A stretch of 62,901 nt of DNA, filler included, from Craspedostauros australis (taxonomy: Eukaryota): the NCBI GenBank assembly GCA_030167865.1. It is 9 parts of 9 records of this genome, joined end to end, with 100 filler letters (N's around TTAATTAATTAA, not from the genome) between each part and the next. Parts side by side here need not be neighbours in the genome. Positions count along the whole stretch, not along the records: positions 4,127 to 16,821 come from JALAGF010003825.1; positions 16,922 to 28,901 come from JALAGF010003826.1; 7 more parts are not named here. One strand, written 5' to 3'. The notes beneath the pieces were generated by a model. The model did not search any database and was not told the origin of the DNA. It worked only from the letters and a program-made list of their open reading frames with translations. Below, piece after piece: positions 10,001 to 20,650 of this stretch. The position numbers were made by a program, and so were the translations under genes. Each line of letters opens with the position of its first letter. The stretch's first letter is position 1.

Positions 10001-10678
10001 TTGGCAGCGAAGTACCCTAACCTGCGCTCCATGATGATCCGAACGTGCCATGACATGACGAAAGAGCTGATCCAGAAGGCAAAGAACGAGGTGGAAGACC
10101 ATCTTGAGATGGAGCAGCACCATCCTTACACGCAAGACGACGCGCTGATCCGAGAGATCGCCAAATCCAGATACTCCAACCTGCGCAACGACTTGGAATG
10201 GAACTTGAAGCTCCGCCAGAAGGAGGATGTCGTGTACGACCGCGAGGCGTTGCTTGCCATCTTGGACCGCGTGTTCAATAAGCATCAGGCTGGGTTCAGC
10301 TCGTCGTCATGGGGCGATCCACAGCAGGCCGAGAATATCGGCGGTGGAGGAGGGAGCAATGCAGGCCATGGTAGCAGCGCGAACGTGACGATGTACATGG
10401 CGGAGGAGATGGAGTTCATCCTAAGCTCGTACGGAAAGATGGCGACGCGGCGCATCATGGATCGGATGCCCATGATCTGCTGGCAAACGTGCCGCACCTT
10501 GAAACGAAATCTGCAGGACATGCTGCTGGGTGGCGTGACGGACAGCGCGCTCGAGACGAAGTACTTTGCCGATTCCCCGGCCGTGCTGGAGAAGCACGTC
10601 CAAGTGCTGGAGCAGTTCGCAGAAGTGAGCGAAGCCGTCGAGCTGGTGGAGCAGATGTTGTCAAGTGAGGTGCTGTGA
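7031..10678 (+). CDS. Dynamin-related GTPase, Mx-like architecture
   Basis: G1 LPMIAVMGDTSSGKSS, G2 TTRCP, G3 LVDLPG, G4 FTKPDL, LVKNRGQ, PYTQD, and a C-terminal GED-like helix (YGKMATRRIMDRMPM). First ATG at 7031; the track starts at an upstream TTG. No introns needed. Confidence 0.9.
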   Translation: MGQPVSTIDHSEEAVHSSAPNRVETAAHFNSSSISSSSLVPPATPIVSAQTSAEATTKTLRSLDMSTTAEVTAASNDTAEQPQLQSNQQSEQIQHPTHTKMDANEADINAEPAADDTAEIEQQAKTGAMEHAEDVSGESSLTNAGINAGINAGINAGTNAGSSDSSEKMTTAVWDVTSEASRLQQQHAELLQSLVLRYSTSSLHKYMDLPMIAVMGDTSSGKSSLLSSLSGLELPSSSTLTTRCPIVIQLIQQPADAKRTISSIEATVQIAWQPAATSVSASASVFRHEDRPASPTHPSPARDRKRELEHHHDKVAPPTFPSIHLNGPAAVSQELSGSIQLAQDCILEHRSPARIAPDQIHVTVISKSTSTRTSTTLTLVDLPGLVQFDASKDSAAVSPSGSADGKSKRHVYAGSSLLDAPATEEKKVEQDELNSSQTSHNQQPHLRQMQQNQQSLQQQVHDVMQDYCMNPNCFVLAVLPAPVDIHNSTVLQWMRQPHIDPSGERTIPVFTKPDLMDPGSEQPVLDLLLDHASTSVTSSGESTKSPSQPWFLVKNRGQAARDSSSSVSQGWDAEDKFFAHDQSPWKAVAADQLGVPNLRRYLVNLQWRRTMMMLPPLLQELTQQRDDCQVQLDALGTFFTTPLERRQCYQEMIQEFAHLLDGSLSGKGGRSRSRLLRSRRKAKPGNDGGSGSGGSGSSFASASTSSANGAVSEAAHRGSIFANADTNACTTRSGDGSSSNGTGTGKQHSKIPMAATQLHQAINEFRSSVRSSALATIQSLTEGTHVWVRSPLHPTIDVRGEIVHIHHAASNRHGAIDGSSDDEESYACVDFLDPRDHTTDVLFDAVGYNNPPPPPPSYLDQACDEEAGQESYQVDDVWTDGIKVYIARDYNRFDSLRKIPLARIRTDPSWLMEKLQMTDDLACFINVDQFRHIVAEFVQSDWIPPCVDLMQQVEGILMGTVEACWDEVFGVYNDTGRTSSTGLAVSSSSSLAAKYPNLRSMMIRTCHDMTKELIQKAKNEVEDHLEMEQHHPYTQDDALIREIAKSRYSNLRNDLEWNLKLRQKEDVVYDREALLAILDRVFNKHQAGFSSSSWGDPQQAENIGGGGGSNAGHGSSANVTMYMAEEMEFILSSYGKMATRRIMDRMPMICWQTCRTLKRNLQDMLLGGVTDSALETKYFADSPAVLEKHVQVLEQFAEVSEAVELVEQMLSSEVL
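7457..7512 (+). repeat. 12-bp coding minisatellite (AAYGCAGGAAYC), about 4.7 copies, encoding NAGI repeats
   Basis: aacgcaggaatc aatgcaggaatc aatgcaggaatc aatgcaggaacc aacgcagg. Confidence 0.85.
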
Positions 10679-11518
10679 GATGCGTGGTTCGATTGGTGGG
10701 TGCATCCGCTGCTCACTTCTCTGCATTTCATATGTGCTTCGGCCGATGATGGGCACGACGATCAATCTCCCAGGATCTCACAAGCATTGGTGCGCACTTC
10801 TTCGTGTACCTCGTATCTATGAGGAGTAGTTCATGCCCTTACGCCATGTATGGGACCGAAGCACTTTCAATTTACAATAAAATGAATGAGTATTCGTCGT
10901 ACCATACGACTACTGCTGTTGTGCCTGCATGGATAGAGTACGACTAGTCTCCTTGCACTTGCTTCCACCTCTTTGTGACATGTAGAGAAATTCGACTTTG
11001 TTGACTGCAGACAAAGTCAATGAATCAGCGATTCACACTCATTCCAGTCACGAGCAGCAAGAATGTCATGTTTCTTGGGCAAGAACAAGAACACCAAAAC
11101 AACAACAACGGCAGAAATGGTGCACAGCGATGGCGAGAGTAACGGCAACAGCACCAAGAACAACAGAGAGACAGAGTGTTGTTGATTGCTCCGTTCGTGT
11201 GCAACACCTCCACAATCACTTGATGCTGATGCAGTGATCAAAGAAGGAGCGCTACAACACAGGGCCCCTGATCGTGCTCAACCAGAGTCGGAGCACATCA
11301 ACAGCAGCAGCAGCAGTGTCAGAGAGCGAGTAATCGAGGCGCCTGGCTGAGACGGATCGAGTGATTCATCGATTCATCGCGCGCCATCATCGCACGCAGT
11401 CGACCCACAAAAGCAGGACAGAACAGGCAGCAGACGATCGTCCGATCTCGAAAGAGAGCGTGTGTCTGTGTGAGGCGCGATCTATTATACGAGGACAGAA
11501 TCGCGACAAACCGACCAC

Positions 11519-13309
11519 ATGTCTCGCTTCATGCCACCGAGCCTCGCCCATCACTCCCTCCTCGCCAGCTCCGTGCTGCAGGATGGCGATGAGCTGTACC
11601 TCAAGTCCACTGGCGCGACCTTGCATCGCCTGCAGAAGACGTCGTCCATTCGGGCCAACCGCCATGAATCCATCGAGTTTGACACGCTGGATGATCTGCT
11701 GCGTCAGGACGATGCGCATGATATCATCGACGAGGAAGGAAGCGAGTTTTATGACGATGATGAAGACGACTATGGCGGTAGCAGGGGCGATTGGCAGGAC
11801 TCGGACGGTATCGGTCGCAAGTGTTGCTTGCCAAGGCCGTGGAAGACGAAGGAGTCAGCCGCATCGAATGGGCGCAACGCTCTTGCGGAGAGTGCGCTTG
11901 ATGCACCATATCGTGGCGCACCGCAATCGAGAGGGGGGTTCATGCAATCCGACAAGACGCTTCTGACGTCGAGTCGAAGAGATTCCCATCCCGAGAGCGG
12001 CGATGGAATCACCACTGAGTACACAGCCTTCAAGCCGGCCTACATATCCTTGCGACGTGGCCGCGCGCAGCACATTCAGGACGTGGTCAATTACTACAAC
12101 AATGAGAAAAAGAAGAAGCGCAGGAGCAAGAATGACGGCGATAGTGGTGCTAGCGTTGGCGTCTACAAGCTTGGAACGTATTGGGCCTGGCCGTGGAGGC
12201 GGTGGAACAAGCATGTGCAGCACCAGCGACAGTTTACGCACTGCCAAAACCGAAGCAGCGATGGCCAGGATTGTCTCGATTGCCGCAATGATCCGGCCGC
12301 GACGCACGCATCCTGTTCGCCCGGATCAACTTCCGCACAAGCACCATCCACTCATGGCCCGCAGCATTCGTACATGGGAAGACCGCCAACAGCAGAAGCA
12401 GCAGCTCCGATTTCATCGCCGACATCGACTGCATCATCGACATCGACATCAACCGTTCACTTTCATGCTTGGCACATGTACAATAAGACTTCGACCGCCC
12501 AACGGAACTTGCTGTCAGGAGTCTACGACGATGGTGACGATGGTGATAGCGATGATAGCGGTGGTTTTGTTGGCAGAACAATACCGCGCAAGCCGCGGAG
12601 AAGTGCCAGATTCGATTCGTCGACAAGGCAGCATCTCTTACGACGGCAAATGGCTCAAGTGTGGGATAGAGACAGCGTGGCTCAAGCTCCTCTCAGCCCT
12701 TTGAACGAATCGGATTCTTCGCTCTCCGTCACGGATCAAAGCAACACAGACGAAAGTTCCTATCACCATCAGCATCATCAACAACATCAACACAATCACA
12801 GCCACAACCAACATCACCGCAGACTGAATAGGAGAAGGAGCTCCGCCTCGATTCCGTACGAACTCCTCAACAAGTCGCAACCCAATCTCATACTCCCGGA
12901 ATGGTGCAAGACGGGCATCGATCCAGCGCTCGTGGAAGAGAAGGATGCGGACGGTCAGCACAGCGAAGACGGCACGCCGACGAACGGACGAGGGGACCGG
13001 CCCATCCCAAACTTCCGACTGGAGCATCTTTCGTCTGCCTATCTGCACAATTATTTTGAAAACGAGGTGAGCGGTCCCATTACGCCCGACAATCGTATGA
13101 CCGCCCTGCGCATGGGTTCATCCTCGTCATCGCTGCGATCCGTCGATTCGTCCTCCATCCGTTCCGGAACGTACGCCACCGTGCTGGCGACGGGCCGCGT
13201 GATGTTCGCCACCTCGGTGCTGTACCCAGACGAAGAGCAGAGCGACGAAAGCCACAGCAACGAGGACGACAACATGTACGCCTACGACGATGCCTGTTTT
13301 CTCAAGTAG
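11519..13309 (+). CDS. Hypothetical low-complexity protein (596 aa)
   Basis: Long ATG-initiated ORF rich in S/D/H/Q with an NLS-like KKKKRR. No family recognised. Confidence 0.65.
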   Translation: MSRFMPPSLAHHSLLASSVLQDGDELYLKSTGATLHRLQKTSSIRANRHESIEFDTLDDLLRQDDAHDIIDEEGSEFYDDDEDDYGGSRGDWQDSDGIGRKCCLPRPWKTKESAASNGRNALAESALDAPYRGAPQSRGGFMQSDKTLLTSSRRDSHPESGDGITTEYTAFKPAYISLRRGRAQHIQDVVNYYNNEKKKKRRSKNDGDSGASVGVYKLGTYWAWPWRRWNKHVQHQRQFTHCQNRSSDGQDCLDCRNDPAATHASCSPGSTSAQAPSTHGPQHSYMGRPPTAEAAAPISSPTSTASSTSTSTVHFHAWHMYNKTSTAQRNLLSGVYDDGDDGDSDDSGGFVGRTIPRKPRRSARFDSSTRQHLLRRQMAQVWDRDSVAQAPLSPLNESDSSLSVTDQSNTDESSYHHQHHQQHQHNHSHNQHHRRLNRRRSSASIPYELLNKSQPNLILPEWCKTGIDPALVEEKDADGQHSEDGTPTNGRGDRPIPNFRLEHLSSAYLHNYFENEVSGPITPDNRMTALRMGSSSSSLRSVDSSSIRSGTYATVLATGRVMFATSVLYPDEEQSDESHSNEDDNMYAYDDACFLK

Positions 13310-15152
13310 GGCGACGCTCTACTCTGGAGAGTACGAGTTTGCACTTGCCCTACTACTTGGCGGCAGCAATAGTATTTGCGATGATACTGCAACCAGAGAG
13401 TGTCGACAGCGGTGGCAGCGGCGGCAACAATCATGGCCGAAAGGAGCCCTGCCCTTCAGCATCTCCTTATTCTGCCAATGTCGACATCTGGGGAATTAGT
13501 AGTACCACACTCCACACGAAAACCCAGTGAATACGGCACGGATGCCAAAGGGCTGATGCTTCCTGGCTCGGCGAATGCTCTCTTCCTGCACAGCCTGCTA
13601 CATCGGTTTCGCACTTGGTGCCCATGTGTTACGTACGCGTACGCGTGCGAGTATGTCTCAGATTCATACGTTGGGTAGAATGACATACTCTCTCTAATAA
13701 TAGAATTGAACTGAACTGTTATCAATCAACGCACGGTCGGTCGTACCTACTCTCCCATCCTCTCTGCTTTTCGGCGAGGTATGGCACTGTGTGGAGTGAT
13801 GAGGCATGGCACAAGACCTGACTACATGTCTCCCGTGTGGGCGAAGTGTTGACGAACATCACCTGTGATGTTGCGCCATCGTTCGTAGCCACGATGGCCT
13901 TCACAATGTTGGCATGCGTCTTGGCGGTTCCAGCATCGGTTCCGAATCTGACACGTCCAAATCCAGAACACACACGTGCCAAGGCTGAAGCCTTCTCAAT
14001 CGCAACACATCACGTCGACATCATCCTCTCTCTCACTCTCTCTGCCATCATTGCTGTCGCCGTCTTTCTCCATTCGTTTCCGACCGTTTCCGAATGCCAA
14101 CAAGCCAAGACAACCGAACATCAAGCAGGAAAGGTTCGGAACAAGAACACAAGGTTAAGAAGCAAGCATACACAAACGGAGTCAAAGACCGAAGCGTTGA
14201 ATGAAACCACCAGTTTGTTGCAGTCAGACATGTTGGGAGTGCAAGTCTGGAACCTTTTGCAAGCGATGCAGACGTGTGCGGCGTCAGACGTGATGATCAC
14301 AGAATGTCGCTGGTCATCCCACACGACAGTGACTTAACAACTTCAAGCCCAGTGCGTGAGCGGGTGGTCGATGCCTCTCTTTCTGTCTGTATGTCGTCCG
14401 CATGGATGCAAGTTCCGTCCAACGAGTTCATCAACAGGAACCACCACCAGACGTGACTGGCTTGCCGATCACAACGCTTCAGAAGTGCGCTGAAAGACGC
14501 CAAACCGGAAAAACACGTCTGCCCAAGAGCCAAAAAGGGATTGTTGCACGGAAGAACGACTCATTGGACTACACGCGAGGCGCATGGACAGGCATTACCA
14601 ACAACGAACGGGTCGTGATAGCGACACGGAGAACACCATCGCTTCTTGGGCGTTCCCGCAAATGAACCACGAGAGCAGACACGACACAGAGAACGGAGAG
14701 GAAATGCCAGAGACGCCGGAGACGTGGTCTTCGTTGTGTGGAGACGTTGACCGGTTTGCGGAAGACTTCTCAGGAATTAGTAGCGTTCTTGGAACGTGTC
14801 GTGTGTCACCAGACTGCGAACTGCGAAAGCGGAACACTGACTCCACACGCGGTTTTCCTCCATGAAGGCGCGAGTGTGCGTGTATTGTGCGAGCGTGGCA
14901 CTGCGCGAACTCTGGGCGCTGTGTTTTTGTTCTGAGTACAAGAAGCAAAGCGCAAGTACCTTGCCACGACAGGAACCGCGCAATCAGCACAATCAACTCT
15001 GTGCAGTAGCCACCAAAAAGCACCGAAATCTCAGGAATCGCAATCTCTCTCCCTCTCTTCCTTCTCACAATTCGCAACTCAGCACCAACAACATCAACCG
15101 CATCAACACCCACATCAGCTATAACCACTATTATACTACCAGCCACGCCACA

Positions 15153-15911
15153 ATGCCAGCCACTATGATCAGCGCCACAACAGCACCAGAGGACAAGACA
15201 GTCCAGATGTCAGCAGCCCAGGCCCTCATGAACGGACCAGCCATGCTCTCAAACAACAAGCGCACAATCACCGACATCGCCACTGTCACCGCAGCCGTCG
15301 TTTCCGACGATGAGACCAGCGACTCGGAAGACGAAGCACCACAGCAGCAGCAGCAGCAGGTGCAGGAGGAGAGACCATGCAAGCGCCAACGCACACGCAA
15401 GCAGAAGAAGTCTGTGCAGTTTGCCGAGTTTGCTCTCTACCGCCCAATCCCCTCCAGACATGAGTACCACCCAGAGATGCTCTTGGACATGTTCCGCACA
15501 TACGAGGACATGAGACAGACGAAGATCGACATCGTCCAGACCATCCGATCGTACAACGAGACGACAAACACTGCCGCCGCCACCAGCAACGGCGTCAACA
15601 ACAAGGAGGAGGGAGAGACCAGCACGATCCGTGGCCTGGAGAAGTACATCCCATCCCAGTCTGCCGGACGCACCCAACGCATCCGCCAGTCCATCGCCCT
15701 TGTTCTGCACATGCAGGCCATGAAGGCAGGAACCGCGAGTGATATCGCGCGCGCATACCAACGCGAAACCGCACCATCTGTGTGCTGCGCATACATGCGC
15801 GGATCGTTGGATGAACGCATCGAGGAGGACATCACCGAGGCGCAGCAGCAGGGCATGGAGGGACTGCAGCTGGAGATCTTCCAGAAGTACAGCAGCTCCA
15901 TCGCCGCATGA
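15153..15911 (+). CDS. Diatom-type RVxF...RGLE domain protein (one module)
   Basis: Likely start MPATMISA at 15153. Module KKSVQFAEFALYRPIPSRHEY...IRGLEKY...IARAYQRET...AYMRGSLDE. Confidence 0.75.
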   Translation: MPATMISATTAPEDKTVQMSAAQALMNGPAMLSNNKRTITDIATVTAAVVSDDETSDSEDEAPQQQQQQVQEERPCKRQRTRKQKKSVQFAEFALYRPIPSRHEYHPEMLLDMFRTYEDMRQTKIDIVQTIRSYNETTNTAAATSNGVNNKEEGETSTIRGLEKYIPSQSAGRTQRIRQSIALVLHMQAMKAGTASDIARAYQRETAPSVCCAYMRGSLDERIEEDITEAQQQGMEGLQLEIFQKYSSSIAA

Positions 15912-18846
15912 ACATGAGAATCATCAGAACAAAACATTAACGCTCTAACAAAACAAAGCCAGCACTGTAACATCACACTACTTGCATCTACCGTCCCACT
16001 GCACGAGCCTTTAGTTGGGCTGCAGACACAAGCACAACCATAACCGAAGCTTTCCGGAGGAGGCATGCATCAGGTTCCAGCTCCCTCTGGTTGTCGACAT
16101 CGTGCCTGCTCCTTTTTGGTGTGATTGCGCTGCTGCGGCTGTATCGCGACCATCTTCCGCGGCATCGCGTTGCGCAACACCAATCCGATCTTCATGACAC
16201 AAAAGCGAAAGCCCGAAGATTTAGCCTACCTCCGTGCCCACAGAGACTTTGGAAAGACCGTGGTCGCCATTCGCTTCGGCGTTGGACAATAGTAGCGCTT
16301 TCAACCTCGCCGACAAACGTACAAGGAAGGTAATGGGACAGTCATGCGCGGGAACATTGGTCATGCCCCCGACCAGCCAAGGAACTCGGACGGGCAACTC
16401 CGATACATCTGCGGCAAGACGAGAGAACAGGGCACATGTCCAGAGATGTTGCGTGTTTGCTGGTGAGGCAACGTGTCCACAAGGAACAGATACACGCGAC
16501 ATTGTTGTTAACTAATAGATTCGGTACGAGTTATGTACGTGTCCGCTTCATTGATTCCTCGTGCGTGACCGTCCACATTTCTATTTATGGCAGGTACTGT
16601 ACAAAGGAGGCAATTGAAAAATATCGAAGGTGAAATTGGGGCGCTGTCGCAAATACGCCGCAACATTTTGGCGACGTCGAATAGCGCTGGCCAAGGATCT
16701 ACTATGAGCCCGATCAGTGAGTCGACCTGCACTCCGTTATTGGCCTCCAGAAATTTTAGCTTGGATATCCCAACCAAGCACATATTCGTAATCCCTGTAG
16801 GTCTAATACAAATAATTAACCNNNNNNNNNNNNNNNNNNNNNNNNNNNNNNNNNNNNNNNNNNNNTTAATTAATTAANNNNNNNNNNNNNNNNNNNNNNN
16901 NNNNNNNNNNNNNNNNNNNNNAAAAGTGCGGTACAGTGCAGTGCAGTGCATGTGCACGAAAAGTGCGTGAAGTGCAGTGCATGCGCATGCGACGTCGATC
17001 TGTGTACACGGACAGTGTATGGAAAGTGCACATGGTTTCACAGTACATGTTGCTACGCGAATACAGTGCACTCTTCGTGCGTTTGCAGCCCATGCATGGT
17101 TCATCTGCAGTGCAAGCATCCGCACGCGCATGCATTTGCGCATGGGGGGATGCGTTCGACGTTTTTGATGTTGTGCACGACGTGCCTCTGCGCAGGTGGA
17201 ATAATGCAAGACGACGTCATCGTGGAGAATGGTGCGTCGCGAAGGCAATCGTGGAAGGCGAGAGTGCGTGTCCCCCGCACCCACCAACACGCGTCCGGCA
17301 TCAAGTGTGAGCCAGAGACAGACAGCACCCTCGATGGAGAACTTTGTGCATCGTCATCCTGAATCGCGGGGTGGTTGGTGCGTTTGCGATAGCACTGGAA
17401 GGAGAAATGACCTTGTTCCGCCAATGGCATGGAATGCAATAACGCGTCGTCGTTGGGATGTACAGGTGCATGCAAGACACGACCACAGCAGGTGTTTAAT
17501 GTGCATGCATCAGTACTACTGCACCTTTCTGTTCCCCGCGAATAATCCATCTTGGAATGCTTGGATACAGCACGCGTCATCACAAATTTGGCAATGCTAC
17601 GCAAGGTGCTGTGCCCTACCGCATGACCCGCGTCAGATCATGTCAATGAGATCCGTGAGGATGGAGTGGCACGCCCGTGGACGTAGTTGTTTGACATCAT
17701 GGAACATTGCAGATGTCAGAGAGCGTCGGTGTCAATCGTGACGTGAGTTTCCCCGCCCCTCGCTGCGATGACACCAACATCGGTGCAGTCCCTCACCATG
17801 CAGGGAACTCCGTCGACAAGGTAGAGCTTTTTCCGCGTATCACCCAAAAGTAACAGCATATTGTCCGCCGTGCAACTTCAAGTGATATCTTTGCTGGATA
17901 GGAACAACAACACGAAGTACCACGGAATGACAGCTGCGTCCAGTGTCAAGTGCCATCATTGGCATCGTAGTTGCATGAGCGAACGCAATGTGACGCCATG
18001 GCAGGGAAACACGAGTGAGATTGGGGAGAAACGACCGAGACTGTACATCTTTCGTCGCCAAGGAGGGACATGTTGTGTATACGTGTCATCACAGAGCTGG
18101 GCAATCCATGTCGTACAGAACAAACATGGTGATTAAGTGCCGCTGCCGATGGTCTGTTTTGTGACATCAACCCTGTCGCGCGGAGAGCCATCATGCCACA
18201 CCACAAATGCTGGTGACGAAAGCAAATTGGCCTGTCTCCGTCATGAATGACGTTTCCCTGGCTCGCCATGTCAAAGCAGAGGATTCCAAAGGATAAGACA
18301 ATTGGTAGTGTGAAGCAGCGATGGAGTCTTGCATTTGTGGCACTGTTCGTAACAACGCAGTTTTGCTTTCGATCCCGCAAAGACAAGGCACATTGCGGGA
18401 ACAACTAGCTCTATCAGCAAATTACAATCACAAGTGCACTACTACATGTATGTGCTCTGAATCCAATATGTTGTACGCCTGCGAGAGACAGGAAGCTGTG
18501 TAAGGAGCATCCACCATGTCCAATGTTGTGGCTTCATGATAAAATGATAGTGTGAATAGGCACTACATGATGGCTCCCTCTCATTATTGTTTCACGTTTG
18601 ATTGCGATGTGGAGGTCGTTGTGTTCGTCATGCAGCGCAAGATGGCGACGGGTGCACACGCTTCATGTGTTGACACGAAGAACAGCAAATGATTCACGTT
18701 TGTAGGAACAAACGGCACCCACCGCGGAGGTGGCGGCTGTCTGGTATTGGTGTCAGCACGACAGCGCGCAGTGGCTTGTCGACGCTGACACCGACACAAG
18801 ATAAAAAGTAAATCATCTCAAACCAGGCTCGAGTTGGGTTGGGATT

Positions 18847-19952
18847 ATGCAACTGTCACAAAACCGAAAAAGCGCCTGCCGAAACATGTCGGACGGATTA
18901 CCCCTGTACGCGCTCACCCCCGGGACCTTCGACTGGCTGGGTTGGTCCATCATTGACGTTTCCCTCAGCATGGAAGAGATCAAGCGACTCGGTAACACAG
19001 CAGATAATCAACGAATTTTTCTTTCCTTTTTTGGCACAACAGGAACGGTTCTACACACGTTGTGGAATGAAATCGGACAAGCTGGGCTATGTCGGCATGA
19101 CATGCAGGCGAAGCACATTCTTTGGACAGCGGCGTTTCTGAAGCAGTACTCCACAGAGGCCATTCTGTCTGTGTGGTTGGGCACAAATCGCACCACACTC
19201 CGCAAATGGGTCTGGATCATGCTGGACTTAGTGAGCCGAGTAAAGCAGGACGTGGTAAGTCCGCAAATTGATCAACATTGGTTCTTTCGTGTTCCATTCA
19301 CTTCTCCAACAAAGCACTAACATGTCACGCATAAATACTGCAGATTCACTGGCCCAATCGTTTTCGTGGAGTGTCCGAAGACGACAAAGCGCTTGTCACT
19401 GTTGACGGAGTCGACATTCGCATCGAAGAACCGCAACCGTTCACAGAGGGATGGTTTTCACAGAAGTTCAAGGGTCCAGGTGTCCGGTATGAGGTCGCCC
19501 TCTCGATTGTTGGTGGAGAGATCGTCTGGACCAATGGACCCTTTCCTTGTGGCATGTGGAACGATCTCAGCATCTTCCGTTTCGGTTTAAAAAACAAGCT
19601 GATGGACGGCGAAGTTGTTGTCGCCGACAAAGGATACATTGGGGATGAACGCGTTTTGCCTCCCAAGTACGTCACTGACAAGATTCTGCGTGCAAGACAT
19701 GAGACTGTTAACCGACGGCTGAAGCACTGGGCATGTATGAGAAATGCGTGGCGACATGACACCGACAAACACATTCTTGCCTTTAATGCGGTTGCCACCA
19801 TTACGCAAATTGAGCTTGTGGGTGGTTCTCCACTGTTCGATCCCTTTCCGGTGGTGGAACGAAAGCTGGCTCGGATGAGATTGCGCGAGGCACTCGGCGA
19901 GCACCTGGATCGCGTAATGGAGGCCGACCCAAACGACAGTAGGACTACCTAA
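18847..19952 (+). mobile_element. PIF/Harbinger-ISL2EU-type DDE transposase (DDE_Tnp_4-like), two exons 18847-19254 and 19344-19952
   Basis: A GTAAGT...CAG phase-0 intron (19255-19343) joins KQDV|IHWPNRF. Catalytic motifs VTVDGVDIRI, VADKGY and RARHETVNRRLK are intact. HTH-like RTTLRKWVW in exon 1. TIRs and TSD not identified. Confidence 0.85.
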
Positions 19953-20470
19953 CTAGCGATAACTGATGTAGAACACTGACTAACACACCGAACTACTCTC
20001 TGATCTAGTACATCGCTCTGCGATGCGGTCAACATGACTGTGCAGTCGTGCATTGTGTTCATGTGCATGAACGTGGAGTTGTTGTCAGCATCAACAATGT
20101 CCGGAATGGAACGCGAAACCGCATGAGATCCACACCCACATCGAAGCTAAAACGAAGGCAACATACAGACTGGCAAGAGGAGAGAGCCAACCACACAGGC
20201 ACCATGCAACCCCAGGTCCAAACGAGTTCAATCTAAAGGAGATTGGATGGACAAGCAAGCGATGTGATAACAACACCATGCAAGCAAGGCAAGGCAGGCA
20301 CACACATGTGCCGAAGTTGGTCGGTCAGAAAACAGAGGGGGCAGGTGCCAACTCCGTTCATGAACAATACGTCGACAGTGCAAACGTGCTGTGTCGACGT
20401 GTAACAGCGCGCGGTGTTGTGTGATGCTGTGATGCTGAGTGATGGTGTGTGCAGTTGCGTTGCCTCGTGT

Positions 20471-20650
20471 GCGACGGTGTGGGATGGTGTGCGATGGTGT
20501 GCGACGGTGTGCGACGGTGTGGGATGGTGTGGGATGGTGTGCGATGGTGTGCGATGGTGTGGGATGGTGTGTGAGGTTGTGTGATGTGGCATGGCATTGT
20601 GGGATGCTGTGCGATGCTGTGGGATGCTCTGTCATGTTGTGCGATGTGGT
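20471..20650. repeat. 10-bp tandem repeat G(C/G)GA(T/C)GGTGT
   Basis: Ten near-perfect copies at 20471-20570, degenerating to about 20650. Confidence 0.9.

Noticed and set aside
7116..10731. Many antisense and alternate-frame ORFs over long genes (here and throughout the window)
   Set aside because: Expected shadows of GC-rich coding sequence, with no independent motifs.
18585..20160. Weak inverted similarity between about 18590-18720 and 20045-20160 as transposon TIRs
   Set aside because: Only short scattered matches in compositionally biased DNA, with no clean terminus or TSD.
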